From a virus (Duplodnaviria > Heunggongvirae > Uroviricota > Caudoviricetes), in the IMG/VR virus record IMGVR_UViG_3300017987_005500: 64,000 nucleotides of DNA. One strand, 5' to 3'. The translations under genes and the position numbers were made by a program. Under the pieces are notes generated by a model. That model searched no databases, was not told where the DNA came from, and worked only from the letters and a program-made list of their open reading frames with translations. Within the stretch, counting starts at the first letter, position 1, and each line of letters starts with the position of its first letter. Shown here in pieces: positions 37,377-46,966 of the stretch.

Positions 37377-38453
37377 TTATAGTATTTCTAACAATCGTTT
37401 TGCTGTATTTAAGAATGTCCATTGTTGAGCAAACTTTTGAGCTCTAACTCTATCCTTATATAAGTAATCTTTAGTTTGATAAGGATCTAATAAGATGCTA
37501 CATATTTTAATAAACTCATTATAACATTCTTCATTATAAATTGTTTTTCCCATTGTAATAAAACCAGTTCGATTATTATCAATGACTTCATTAACAGCTC
37601 CGTCATTAATAGTAACTGGAAGACAACCTGCCGCTTGTGCCATTACATAATTAATTCCAAAAGACTCATGATAAGTCTGAGGATGAATCATTAAAGAACT
37701 TGAAGCAAACTCATATGCTAATTCTTTCATTGATACAGCATTATGTAATATACAACCTTTCGTCCTTTGTAATTCAGAGAATGCTTGCTCATAATCTCTA
37801 TCGCCTTGAGTGTCTCCATATATATTCATTGAAGAAAATATATGAAACTCTAAGTCATCTCTTTTAGTTTCATGACATATGTCTTTATATAAGTCAGCTA
37901 ATACATCAATTCCTTTATATGGTATTGAAGCAAAGATTAACTTATTATCTTTTCTTTCAGTATATCCTGAAAATAGAAAGGGGTCGATAGAGTTGCCTAT
38001 TACAGCAAATTTATCTTTATCAACCCCATAATATTTTGATAATGTTTCCTTTTGCCATTCACTTACACATAATATCTTTTCAATCCTATCAACAACTTTA
38101 GGATTCACTAACCAATATAATATATGATCTTGGTCATAAGCATCATGTGTATAATAAAAGATTCTCTTATCTGACATAAATACTTCTTCAGGTAAACACC
38201 TATTTAATATAACAATGTCTGACTCTGGTAATATCTGAGGAAGGTTATTTACGTTATGCAATAACCTATTAAAACTCTGATTAGGCACGTTTATTTGAGA
38301 ATTGGTTAACAATATAACCGACTCATTATTTTCTGCCAGTCCTTGCGATAATAGAAGGAATGAAGTCTCACTTCCTCCTAAAGGTTCTTCATAAGGAGTT
38401 GTTAAATTAAACGGTTGCCCTTTATCAATCATTAAGATTTTTCTTGGATTCAT
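37377..38453 (-). CDS. GT-B (GT4-like) glycosyltransferase
   Basis: GGSE, HD, CVSEWQ, NSID, IFAS..YKG, ESFGI...AQAAG. Confidence 0.85.
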   Translation of the reverse strand: MNPRKILMIDKGQPFNLTTPYEEPLGGSETSFLLLSQGLAENNESVILLTNSQINVPNQSFNRLLHNVNNLPQILPESDIVILNRCLPEEVFMSDKRIFYYTHDAYDQDHILYWLVNPKVVDRIEKILCVSEWQKETLSKYYGVDKDKFAVIGNSIDPFLFSGYTERKDNKLIFASIPYKGIDVLADLYKDICHETKRDDLEFHIFSSMNIYGDTQGDRDYEQAFSELQRTKGCILHNAVSMKELAYEFASSSLMIHPQTYHESFGINYVMAQAAGCLPVTINDGAVNEVIDNNRTGFITMGKTIYNEECYNEFIKICSILLDPYQTKDYLYKDRVRAQKFAQQWTFLNTAKRLLEIL

Positions 38454-38482
38454 TATTCACCTATTCGCGTATTATAAATTGT

Positions 38483-39550
38483 TTAATCAAATAAACCATT
38501 AAAGTCAGTTGTGTCTACTGGAGCACCGTATGACTTATTAGTAGTTAAATTTCCAATTACTAAACTTATTCCTGAATCAAATGGAAAAATAAACTTTTCA
38601 ACGATAGACGTTAGTGATTCATTCCCTCCCATAAAATATCCGTGAGATGATGAATTTACTCCAGCACCTGATATTTTACTTGTAGATAAATTTCCAACAT
38701 TTGAAGAAGTTCCTGAATTGAATGGAAACATAATTCTATTTATATGTGAATGAGCAACTCCAGCATTAAATACTCCCATTGCATATCCATATTCTGAAGA
38801 ATTACAACCCATTGGATTAGAACCACTGTGAGCCATATTTCCAACATGTGATGATATTCCAGATGAAAAAGGAAAATCAATTCTCATAATTCTAGATGAA
38901 TATGCAACTCCATTATATCCTGCTAAAGTATATCCTCTTATAGATGAATTTACTTGAGCAGTATTTGCAGCTGCTGAATAATTTAAATTCCCAACAACTG
39001 ATGAAGTTCCTGAAGAAAAAGGAAAAATAATTCTATTTATATTAGAAGTATATAATCCACCTCCCGGAGCTCCTCCCATTGTAAAACCATGTTGAGATGA
39101 ATTACAACCTCCGATTGAATAAAATGTTGATGATAAATTCCCAACATTTGAAGAATTTCCTGAATCAAATGGAAAAGTAAATCTTTCAATAGTTGAAGTC
39201 AATGTCGGACCCGCTCCTGTTTGACCACCCATCACAAATCCATACTGACTTGAATTACAACCTGCGCAATTGCCGGGAGAATCATTTAAATTTCCAATTA
39301 TTGTAGAAGTTCCTGAATCGAAAGGAAATTGAATTCTATCAATAGATGATACATAATTTGTGCCACCACAATTATACCCAAATCCTTTTCCATCAATTAT
39401 AACTTTCCATCTATTTTCATTATCATCCCATACTCTTCCATATTCAAGAATTGTGTCAAACCAAGTGTCTCCTCCTGTTATATTTCCGGAAGGAGCTTCT
39501 GCTTGAATATGTGTATAACCTTTTACTTTCTTTGGTATATTAATTGCCAT
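38483..39550 (-). CDS. Beta-propeller, paralogue 5
   Basis: Six FPF[DSN]SG repeats. Confidence 0.75.
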   Translation of the reverse strand: MAINIPKKVKGYTHIQAEAPSGNITGGDTWFDTILEYGRVWDDNENRWKVIIDGKGFGYNCGGTNYVSSIDRIQFPFDSGTSTIIGNLNDSPGNCAGCNSSQYGFVMGGQTGAGPTLTSTIERFTFPFDSGNSSNVGNLSSTFYSIGGCNSSQHGFTMGGAPGGGLYTSNINRIIFPFSSGTSSVVGNLNYSAAANTAQVNSSIRGYTLAGYNGVAYSSRIMRIDFPFSSGISSHVGNMAHSGSNPMGCNSSEYGYAMGVFNAGVAHSHINRIMFPFNSGTSSNVGNLSTSKISGAGVNSSSHGYFMGGNESLTSIVEKFIFPFDSGISLVIGNLTTNKSYGAPVDTTDFNGLFD

Positions 39551-39568
39551 ATTATTAAGCTCCTTATA

Positions 39569-40651
39569 TTAAACAAACATTGAAACAAAGTCTGTATTAT
39601 CAATTCCACTTTGTTCGCTTGAAGTAGTATTTAAATTTCCTACATTTGAAGCGGTGCCTGAAGCAAATGGAAAAAGTATTCTTTGAATATAAGAAAAATA
39701 AACACTTCCATAACCGCCAATACAATAACCATAATTAGTTGAATTAACTACGGCATGTGTATAATTTGTGCCAATTAAGTTTCCAACTGCCGAAGCGGTG
39801 CCAGAGTCTAATGGGAAAGCAAATCTATCAATTGTAGATATTCTTGAACCATTTATGGCGCCAGAAATATTAAAACCATGATTAGATGAGTTACAACATT
39901 GATTCCAATATCGCTTTCCTGATAAATTTCCAGTATGACTTGCGGTTCCTGAAGAAAATGGAAATGTAATTCTATCAATTGTAGATGCGTAAGCGGTATC
40001 TTGATATGCTCCAACTGAATAACCATGGAGTGAAGAATTACATCCTCCCTGAGTATCAGTTGTAGTTGATAAATTTCCAACTGTTGCAGCGGTTCCACTC
40101 GTAAAAGGAAATATAATTCTTTGAATTGTTGAAACAAGAACACTTCCAGTATAACCGCCCATATTAAAACCATGGGTTGAGGAATTACAACCTGCCGGAG
40201 CGTTTACTGACGATGATAAAGTCCCAGCAGTTGTAGCGGTACCAGAGTCAAATGGAAATTCAAATGATCGAATTGCATTTTGACTAACAGATCCATTCGT
40301 TCCACCCATGACATAACCATAAGTTGAATCATTAACTCCAGCAGCATCTCTTAATGTTGAATTTAAATTTCCAACATAATCTGCCGTACCGGAGTCAAAT
40401 GGAAATGTAATTCTTTGAATTGATGAAACTGGCCCAACGTTTCCACCAACTGAAAATCCCTGACTATAAGTAGGAGTATAATTTATAAATTCTCCATCAT
40501 AATAATAATATACTTGTCCATCATCTGCGGAAAACCAGCAATCTCTCTCATTAGGATTTGCTGGTTCATCAGCTTGTCTAAAAGTATTTCCTTTTGTTTT
40601 TGACCTATTTTCACCTGAAGTTACCCAAAAAGGTCTTGAGGGAATTGGCAT
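39569..40651 (-). CDS. Beta-propeller, paralogue 6
   Basis: Six repeats; N-terminal QADEPANPNERDCWF. Confidence 0.75.
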   Translation of the reverse strand: MPIPSRPFWVTSGENRSKTKGNTFRQADEPANPNERDCWFSADDGQVYYYYDGEFINYTPTYSQGFSVGGNVGPVSSIQRITFPFDSGTADYVGNLNSTLRDAAGVNDSTYGYVMGGTNGSVSQNAIRSFEFPFDSGTATTAGTLSSSVNAPAGCNSSTHGFNMGGYTGSVLVSTIQRIIFPFTSGTAATVGNLSTTTDTQGGCNSSLHGYSVGAYQDTAYASTIDRITFPFSSGTASHTGNLSGKRYWNQCCNSSNHGFNISGAINGSRISTIDRFAFPLDSGTASAVGNLIGTNYTHAVVNSTNYGYCIGGYGSVYFSYIQRILFPFASGTASNVGNLNTTSSEQSGIDNTDFVSMFV

Positions 40652-40670
40652 AATAATACCTCCCTATTTA

Positions 40671-41333
40671 TTACCCATTATATTCAACAGCTTTTACAGC
40701 AGCTTTATCAGCAGCAGCGTCGACATTTACACAAGCTGTATAATAACCGGTTAATATAGTTTGCAAATTAGTAACCATGCTATCAAGAGATGCAACACAA
40801 GAAGCTTGATCATAAATTGCTTTGAGAGTTGTCATATTTGCATCGACTGCTGCTTTTGTTGGAGCATCAAGATCAGGATAATGTCCATTCAATAATGTAA
40901 CGACTCTACAAACATCTGCGATAAGGTCATTATAATCATCAAATTGTTTTTTAGCAACTTCTTTGAATAGGACTTTCTTCATAGCTTTTACAGAAGCTAA
41001 TTCATCAGAGACTGTAATTGAATGAGTTCCTAAATAATCAACAAGAGTCATTGGTGGAGTGATTCCATCATCAATTGGAACATAATTATCTTCAGCAAAT
41101 CCAATAAGCTCATCTTCAGTTATCTTTTTAATTGAAAATCTTCCTTCAATTGTCATAAGAGCTTTACTTACAAGATCGCCATCTCCTTCAATATATCCAA
41201 AGTGAATCATATCATCTGAGATAACTCCAGAAAAAGTAACTCCATTGAAATGTTCATCAAGAAAAGGTGCTAAAAATTCAGATCCTGTAAGACCTGCTTT
41301 AACTGGGGTATATTTAATATAAACTTTTGCCAT
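40671..41333 (-). CDS. Hypothetical tail-associated protein
   Basis: C-terminal VDAAADKAAVKAV resembles the end of 50297..50857 (fibre-chaperone-like). Confidence 0.5.
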   Translation of the reverse strand: MAKVYIKYTPVKAGLTGSEFLAPFLDEHFNGVTFSGVISDDMIHFGYIEGDGDLVSKALMTIEGRFSIKKITEDELIGFAEDNYVPIDDGITPPMTLVDYLGTHSITVSDELASVKAMKKVLFKEVAKKQFDDYNDLIADVCRVVTLLNGHYPDLDAPTKAAVDANMTTLKAIYDQASCVASLDSMVTNLQTILTGYYTACVNVDAAADKAAVKAVEYNG

Positions 41334-41354
41334 TTTATTTTCTCCTTAAGTTTA

Positions 41355-41897
41355 TTATGATGCTTGATATACTCTTACACTCATTAACTGAAAAGTTCCA
41401 GTGTATGTATCAGTGACACCTTCTCTTGATATTTTAACTGCAAATCTTTGAGTTGTTGATCCAATTAAAGCATTTGCAATTTTACCATTAGTTAATGAGA
41501 CACTTGTCATTTTTCCAGTATTTGTTGATGAAGAAGTTAAAGTATCTGAAGCACTTACATCAGGACTTCCTTCAACTGGAGTGTCAGTTTCATCAACTGC
41601 CCAACAATCTGTGCCAAGAATTATTGACTTTGAATTATCAGCTCCATTGAGAGCATACTTTAAGTCGAATAATACGTCCTTAGTGATGTCAAATCCATCT
41701 GGCATATTAAAGTTAAACCAAATAGATCCTGTCCCATCAGGAGAGAAGTCTGCGGTATCAAAGATATCGAAAATCGTCCCAGCATCAATGTCAGTATCAT
41801 TTTCATCCATGATAAATTCATCTGGTTTTATTTCAATTTCATTAATTCCTCCGCCAGAACCTCCTCCGCCGGTAACGAAGTCTGAATAATTAGACAT
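41355..41897 (-). CDS. Virion beta-sandwich protein
   Basis: Gly-rich N-terminal linker followed by a beta-rich domain. Confidence 0.5.
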   Translation of the reverse strand: MSNYSDFVTGGGGSGGGINEIEIKPDEFIMDENDTDIDAGTIFDIFDTADFSPDGTGSIWFNFNMPDGFDITKDVLFDLKYALNGADNSKSIILGTDCWAVDETDTPVEGSPDVSASDTLTSSSTNTGKMTSVSLTNGKIANALIGSTTQRFAVKISREGVTDTYTGTFQLMSVRVYQAS

Positions 41898-41925
41898 TAT
41901 ATTTCCTCCCGTCTTTCGTTTATAA

Positions 41926-41935
41926 TTTGTTCTTA
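41926..41935 (-). promoter_or_regulatory. Putative late-promoter motif AGAACAAA
   Basis: 29 nt upstream of 41897. Confidence 0.55.
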
Positions 41936-41938
41936 TAT

Positions 41939-42724
41939 TTATTCATTCCAAAATACTATACAATATCCTGGAGCGCCAGCTCCTCCGTTTCGAGAACCTC
42001 CTGAAGCTCCATAACCTCCCCCGCCTCCATTCCCATAACCTGTCGCAGCAAATCCAGTTTGGCCACTTGCTCCGCCTGCTCCGCCATTGCCAATATAAGA
42101 ACAACCGCCGCCGCCGCCTCCGCCAGTTCCTCCGGTATTTCCTCCATTTGCCATCCCAAGCATTCGAGAAGATCCTCCTGCCTGTGGAAATGCTTGACCT
42201 TGCCCTTCGTAATACCCACATCCGCCAGCAGACCCACCAATTGAATATAATAATGGTCCTCCTCCTCCATGTGAATGTAAATATGTGGATGTATTTCGAT
42301 TTTGATTTCCATTTGTGTAAAAATTTTCATTTTCTGAATAATTAAATGCCCACAATCTTCCTCCACCTCCTCCTCCTGAGCCAGATGATCCTGCATTCCC
42401 TCCATTAGCAATAATACCTTCGATTGAAGTACTTCCTCCATTACTTGCAGGTTGCCCAGCAGCTCCTCCCGCTCCAATTGTAATTGAAACATTAGCAGTT
42501 ACATATAAAGACCCAATTACAACTTCTCCGCCACCGCCTCCTCCGCCACAAATTCTTGCGACATTGGAACCATAACCTCCCCCGCCGCCTCCAGCAACTA
42601 AAATAAATGAAATTAAATTGACATCATTAGGTTTTATCCAAACTCCTGAAGAAGTAAATTCTTGTGAAGAAACTTTTCCACCACCTCCTGCACCAAATCC
42701 CATTATTGCTGATATTCCACTCAT
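41939..42724 (-). CDS. Glycine-rich tail/fibre protein (paralogue of 26512..27339)
   Basis: MSGISAIMGFGAGGGG...FTSSGVW.KP...GYCIVFWNE. Confidence 0.75.
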   Translation of the reverse strand: MSGISAIMGFGAGGGGKVSSQEFTSSGVWIKPNDVNLISFILVAGGGGGGYGSNVARICGGGGGGGEVVIGSLYVTANVSITIGAGGAAGQPASNGGSTSIEGIIANGGNAGSSGSGGGGGGRLWAFNYSENENFYTNGNQNRNTSTYLHSHGGGGPLLYSIGGSAGGCGYYEGQGQAFPQAGGSSRMLGMANGGNTGGTGGGGGGGCSYIGNGGAGGASGQTGFAATGYGNGGGGGYGASGGSRNGGAGAPGYCIVFWNE

Positions 42725-42742
42725 TATATTGTCTCCTTTTAA

Positions 42743-43543
42743 TTAAAATTCAATTCCCCAACCTCTTGTTGAATCTAAGTAAGTAAACGTACAAGTTACA
42801 TAATTTGTATTAATATTAAAGTTCTCTGCTAACTTCATTATATTACTGCCATTTCGATTAATGATTGTAGCATTTGAAGTCATTAGACCGCTTAAGTCAG
42901 TAACTTTAATTCGATCTCCGGCATTGACTTCAGCGGAAGTTGGTAAGGTTATATTAATAGCTGACGTCCCATCTCCATCTAACCAAATATGATCATTAAC
43001 ATTTGCTTCATAATCGTCATCGACAATTTGAAGACTCCATATTCTTTGAGAGAATGATTGAGTAACAACTAATTTCCATCCAACGTCAGATGAGGTAGAG
43101 TCCATAAACATAAATTTCAACTCTAAGTCATCAACATCACATATAACATTACTTTGAACTCCGTCTATATTATTACCATTTCGATCAATGGTTAAATTAT
43201 TAGTTGCAAAACTTCCTTTTAAATCTAAAAAATAAACTTCATCATTTGCTTCAGGATTGGGAGGAAGTTTTAAAGTAAAAGCAGCTGAAGTTGAATCGCA
43301 TATTAAATAAGTATTTGATGAAACAACATCTCCATTATTAGTATGGTCTTTATCAACTCTTTCAAGACCTGCTGAAAATGTAACATCTCCGGTTCCTTCA
43401 TCAGCTCCAGTACTTTGCATTGTAATTCCTGATCCTGGAAGAGCTTTTGTAATAACTGCTTGCCCGGAAGTTGTCGTATTAAGGTCTTCTCTTAAAATAG
43501 TTCCGTCCTTAATTTGATCTCCAGTTAATTGAGTTCGTCCCAT
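42743..43543 (-). CDS. Mosaic virion fibre protein
   Basis: QIKDGTI.REDLNTT.SG N-module shared with 48187..49575; two copies of the [IL].LP..P...D...[FV].D......N...I.RNG..I module. Confidence 0.65.
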   Translation of the reverse strand: MGRTQLTGDQIKDGTILREDLNTTTSGQAVITKALPGSGITMQSTGADEGTGDVTFSAGLERVDKDHTNNGDVVSSNTYLICDSTSAAFTLKLPPNPEANDEVYFLDLKGSFATNNLTIDRNGNNIDGVQSNVICDVDDLELKFMFMDSTSSDVGWKLVVTQSFSQRIWSLQIVDDDYEANVNDHIWLDGDGTSAINITLPTSAEVNAGDRIKVTDLSGLMTSNATIINRNGSNIMKLAENFNINTNYVTCTFTYLDSTRGWGIEF

Positions 43544-43555
43544 ATTATATTTCCT

Positions 43556-44650
43556 TTATGCTGCTTTCATAATAAATGATAAAGAATAGTAAGGCGGAAC
43601 ATATGCTTGACTTATACTTATACTATGATTATGATTATTCTCATCAGTATTATGATAACTAATACCTGAAAATACATTAAATCTAAATGACCCAACATGA
43701 TTATGTAGTCCATTTGTACTTGAACTTCCTGATCCACTTATTGTGTCATTTCCAGTAATTGTTCCAGTGTTTCCTGAACTCGATCCTATAATAAAATGAT
43801 CTCTTAAATTAGGAGTTCCATTTGACCCATCACATAAAACCCAACCTTCCGGTGGAGTCAAAGACTCATACATTCCAATTATATTAGGAGTCAACTCAAA
43901 TTCAGCAGAAGCATTTGTCCAAGCTCTTAAATAAGCTCTTCTAATATTTTGTGTTACTGACATTGAACTTAATGAATGACTATGATTTCCACCTTGAACA
44001 CTATATAAAACAGTAGAGCCGAAACCGCCAGAGTTAAAGTAAAGATCACCATGTCTATGTTCACCGGTTGTGCTGAATGAAGCACTTTGACTATTTCCTT
44101 GAGATACTGTTGAATTTCCTCTAAAAAATCTATCATCTTCAAAAACACTTGTCAAACTTCCAGGATTTGTATTGTCTTGAGTCATAACAATTGATTTACT
44201 GGGTAATGTTTTGTGCTCTTGTGTTGCTTTTATCAATACAACATTTTGATAATCAGGGAGATAACTTCCTGACCAAGTATGAGAATGAGAATCAGTTGCG
44301 TTAACATTACTGACATCTCCACCGCCAGGACTACTAAATGCAATAACATTCATTGTATTACCTAAATGAGCACTTGAATTTGTAGTTCCTCCTGATAATG
44401 AAGTACTTCCTCCAGTTTGTCCTACGCTATATGTACTTCCTGCTCCAACAATCATCCTATTATCAGCAGAATCAAATCTTTCCCATCCAGTAGGTACTGA
44501 AGTATCATTTAAAGGAACTATAAGTCCAATGGGAACTGCTGAGAAATCAACTCCAAATCCCATTATCTCAATAATGTCTCCACTATCAAATTCATTAACT
44601 TTATTAATATCTCCAGTTTCATAACCTAATACTTTATTTACATTTGACAT
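43556..44650 (-). CDS. Tail-collar/fibre protein with HxH motifs, paralogue 1
   Basis: P.GWERF..AD.R.IVGAG..Y..G..GG; PPEGWVLCDG.NGTP.LRD.F; HSH/HRH/HNH. Confidence 0.75.
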   Translation of the reverse strand: MSNVNKVLGYETGDINKVNEFDSGDIIEIMGFGVDFSAVPIGLIVPLNDTSVPTGWERFDSADNRMIVGAGSTYSVGQTGGSTSLSGGTTNSSAHLGNTMNVIAFSSPGGGDVSNVNATDSHSHTWSGSYLPDYQNVVLIKATQEHKTLPSKSIVMTQDNTNPGSLTSVFEDDRFFRGNSTVSQGNSQSASFSTTGEHRHGDLYFNSGGFGSTVLYSVQGGNHSHSLSSMSVTQNIRRAYLRAWTNASAEFELTPNIIGMYESLTPPEGWVLCDGSNGTPNLRDHFIIGSSSGNTGTITGNDTISGSGSSSTNGLHNHVGSFRFNVFSGISYHNTDENNHNHSISISQAYVPPYYSLSFIMKAA

Positions 44651-44660
44651 ATATAACTCC

Positions 44661-45797
44661 TTATAGTTTTATAATAAATACAAGAGCATAATAAGGTGGA
44701 GTGTATCCAGATGATTTACTAAATGATAAAGTGTGAGAATGAGAATTACTGTCTGCATAATGTCTCATTCCACCAGTATATTCAAATACTTGTGTAGAAG
44801 AAATATGATCATGTGTATTAGAATGATTAAGTCCTGAACCATAACTATAACTTAATGTTCCATTTCCTTGTCCAGATGCTTCACTTCCACCATTAACTGT
44901 ATTAACAAAATAATTTCTCAAGTCAGGACTTCCATTATTTCCATCACATAAAATCCAACCTTCTGGTGGAGTTAAGCTCTCATACATTCCAATCATATTA
45001 GAGTCTAAATTAAATTCTTGACTAGCATTTGTCCAAGCTGATAATTGTACTCTTCTTATATTAACATTATTTATTGAACATGATATATTTGACGGAGTGT
45101 GTGCTCCAGAAACTTTTACAGTATCTACAGTTGCTGTTGGGCCAGAAGTCCAATATTTTTTATTATAATCATTATTATGTATATGATTTCCAGCACTACT
45201 TATGCTTACTGAAAGAGAACTTTGACCACTACTATTTATAGAACTATTTGATTTTAAATATCTATTATTATTTATTATATTAGTTAATCCTGAGGTTTCT
45301 ACATTTCCAGATGATAAAATTGTAGAATTAACAGGAAATGCAGCATGTTCTATAGATGACTTAATTAAAACAATTTCATTATATGCAGGAGTGAATGTAC
45401 CACTTGTTGCAGAATGAATATGATTTCCATATCCAGTTCCAGCTGAATTATAATAACCATTAGCAAAATTAATTCCTGCTGCTGGAGCTGTGAATGCCGG
45501 AGGATTATGAGCACCCGCATTACTTGAAGATTCATTAACTGTAACATTTGTTGAACCGCCAGTGTCTCCAGGATTATATGAATCTCCAGCCCCAATTAAA
45601 AATTTATCATCCGCTGAAGTAAATCTTTCCCACCCACTTGGTATTGAAGTATCATTGAAAGGAATTATAAGTCCAATTGGGATAACTGAAAAATCAACTC
45701 CAACTCCCATAATTCCTACGACACTTGAAGATTCAATTTCACTTATTTCAGCTATATCCCCAGTTTCAACTCCCAATACTTTATTTATACTTGTCAT
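44661..45797 (-). CDS. Tail-collar/fibre protein, paralogue 2
   Basis: Same collar motifs as 43556..44650. Confidence 0.75.
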   Translation of the reverse strand: MTSINKVLGVETGDIAEISEIESSSVVGIMGVGVDFSVIPIGLIIPFNDTSIPSGWERFTSADDKFLIGAGDSYNPGDTGGSTNVTVNESSSNAGAHNPPAFTAPAAGINFANGYYNSAGTGYGNHIHSATSGTFTPAYNEIVLIKSSIEHAAFPVNSTILSSGNVETSGLTNIINNNRYLKSNSSINSSGQSSLSVSISSAGNHIHNNDYNKKYWTSGPTATVDTVKVSGAHTPSNISCSINNVNIRRVQLSAWTNASQEFNLDSNMIGMYESLTPPEGWILCDGNNGSPDLRNYFVNTVNGGSEASGQGNGTLSYSYGSGLNHSNTHDHISSTQVFEYTGGMRHYADSNSHSHTLSFSKSSGYTPPYYALVFIIKL

Positions 45798-45812
45798 ATA
45801 TGAACTCCTTTA

Positions 45813-46955
45813 TTAAGCTGTTTTCATAATAAATGATAATGCATAATATTCAGGTAAAAATGAAACATCATTATCTGAAAATCCTGTATGACTATGAGAC
45901 CAACTATAAGTACCATGTTGAGTATCAGCATGATAATAAGCAGTGTAATTACTTCCATAATGATTATGAGATGATGAATGATTTACTGAAGGACAAGATA
46001 TATCAATTGTATTATCTCCAACCCCTGTTGTATTTTCATTTCCATCTGTTGTCAATCCTATAAAGTAATCTCTTAAGTCAGGACTTCCATTATTTCCATC
46101 ACATAAAATCCAACCATCAGGTGGTGTTAAACTCTCATACATTCCAATCATATTAGGTAATATTTCAAAGTCATTACTTGCATTTGTCCAAGCGGAAATC
46201 AATACTTTCTTTATAGACTCTGATATATTAACATTGACTGAACCTGAGTGACTTCCATCATAAGCAATGGAATATACAGATTGTGATCCTGAATGAGTAT
46301 AATTAATTTTATTAGCTAAATGCCAATGATTTCCAGCATTTGAATAATTGCATGGAACTGATAAACTTCCTACTTGACCTATCGAACTATTTGATTTAAT
46401 ATATCTATTATCACTAAGGACATTTGTCAAACTTGATGCATCAACATTACCATCTGATAAAAGCAATGCATTAGCAGGTAAAATACTAAGATCCTGAGTA
46501 GCTTTTATTAATAATAAATCATTACATAAGGGAATAAAGTCTGGACTTCCACTAACTGTATGAGAATGATCTCCGCCAGATGTTTGACCATAACCTAAAT
46601 TAGGAGAAGACCCTAAAGTTCCCCAATATTCTCCATGAATAGGAATATAAGGACTTGAAGTTGTATGAGCTCCCGCAGTTGAAGTTGTCTCACTTATATT
46701 TAAAGAGTAATCTCCTCCAGAAGTATTAACTCCATAAGAATTCCCAGCTCCGACTATCATTTTATCATCAGCGCTTGCGAATCTTTCCCAACCATTTGGA
46801 ACATTTGTATCATTCAATGGAATAATTAACCCAGCTGGAACAACTGAGAAATTTGCTTCAATATTATAAATATGAGATATTGTACTTGCATCAATTTCAT
46901 TTATCTTAGAAATATCTCCGGTTTCAATTTGATTAATTTTATTTGCTTGAGACAT
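45813..46955 (-). CDS. Tail-collar/fibre protein, paralogue 3
   Basis: Same collar motifs as 43556..44650. Confidence 0.75.
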   Translation of the reverse strand: MSQANKINQIETGDISKINEIDASTISHIYNIEANFSVVPAGLIIPLNDTNVPNGWERFASADDKMIVGAGNSYGVNTSGGDYSLNISETTSTAGAHTTSSPYIPIHGEYWGTLGSSPNLGYGQTSGGDHSHTVSGSPDFIPLCNDLLLIKATQDLSILPANALLLSDGNVDASSLTNVLSDNRYIKSNSSIGQVGSLSVPCNYSNAGNHWHLANKINYTHSGSQSVYSIAYDGSHSGSVNVNISESIKKVLISAWTNASNDFEILPNMIGMYESLTPPDGWILCDGNNGSPDLRDYFIGLTTDGNENTTGVGDNTIDISCPSVNHSSSHNHYGSNYTAYYHADTQHGTYSWSHSHTGFSDNDVSFLPEYYALSFIMKTA

Positions 46956-46966
46956 TATAATACTCC

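Noticed and set aside
27463-40651. Regularly spaced ~17-nt repeat (CCTGAGTCAAATGGAAA) as a CRISPR array
   Set aside because: It lies in frame inside long ORFs at ~147-nt blade spacing, and the intervening sequences are homologous to each other; no cas genes.
41943-42492. Cluster of overlapping short ORFs
   Set aside because: Alternative frames of the GC-rich Gly-rich gene 41939..42724.
27463-46955. Diversity-generating retroelement acting on propellers or collars
   Set aside because: No reverse transcriptase and no non-coding template repeat with adenine-specific differences seen in this window.
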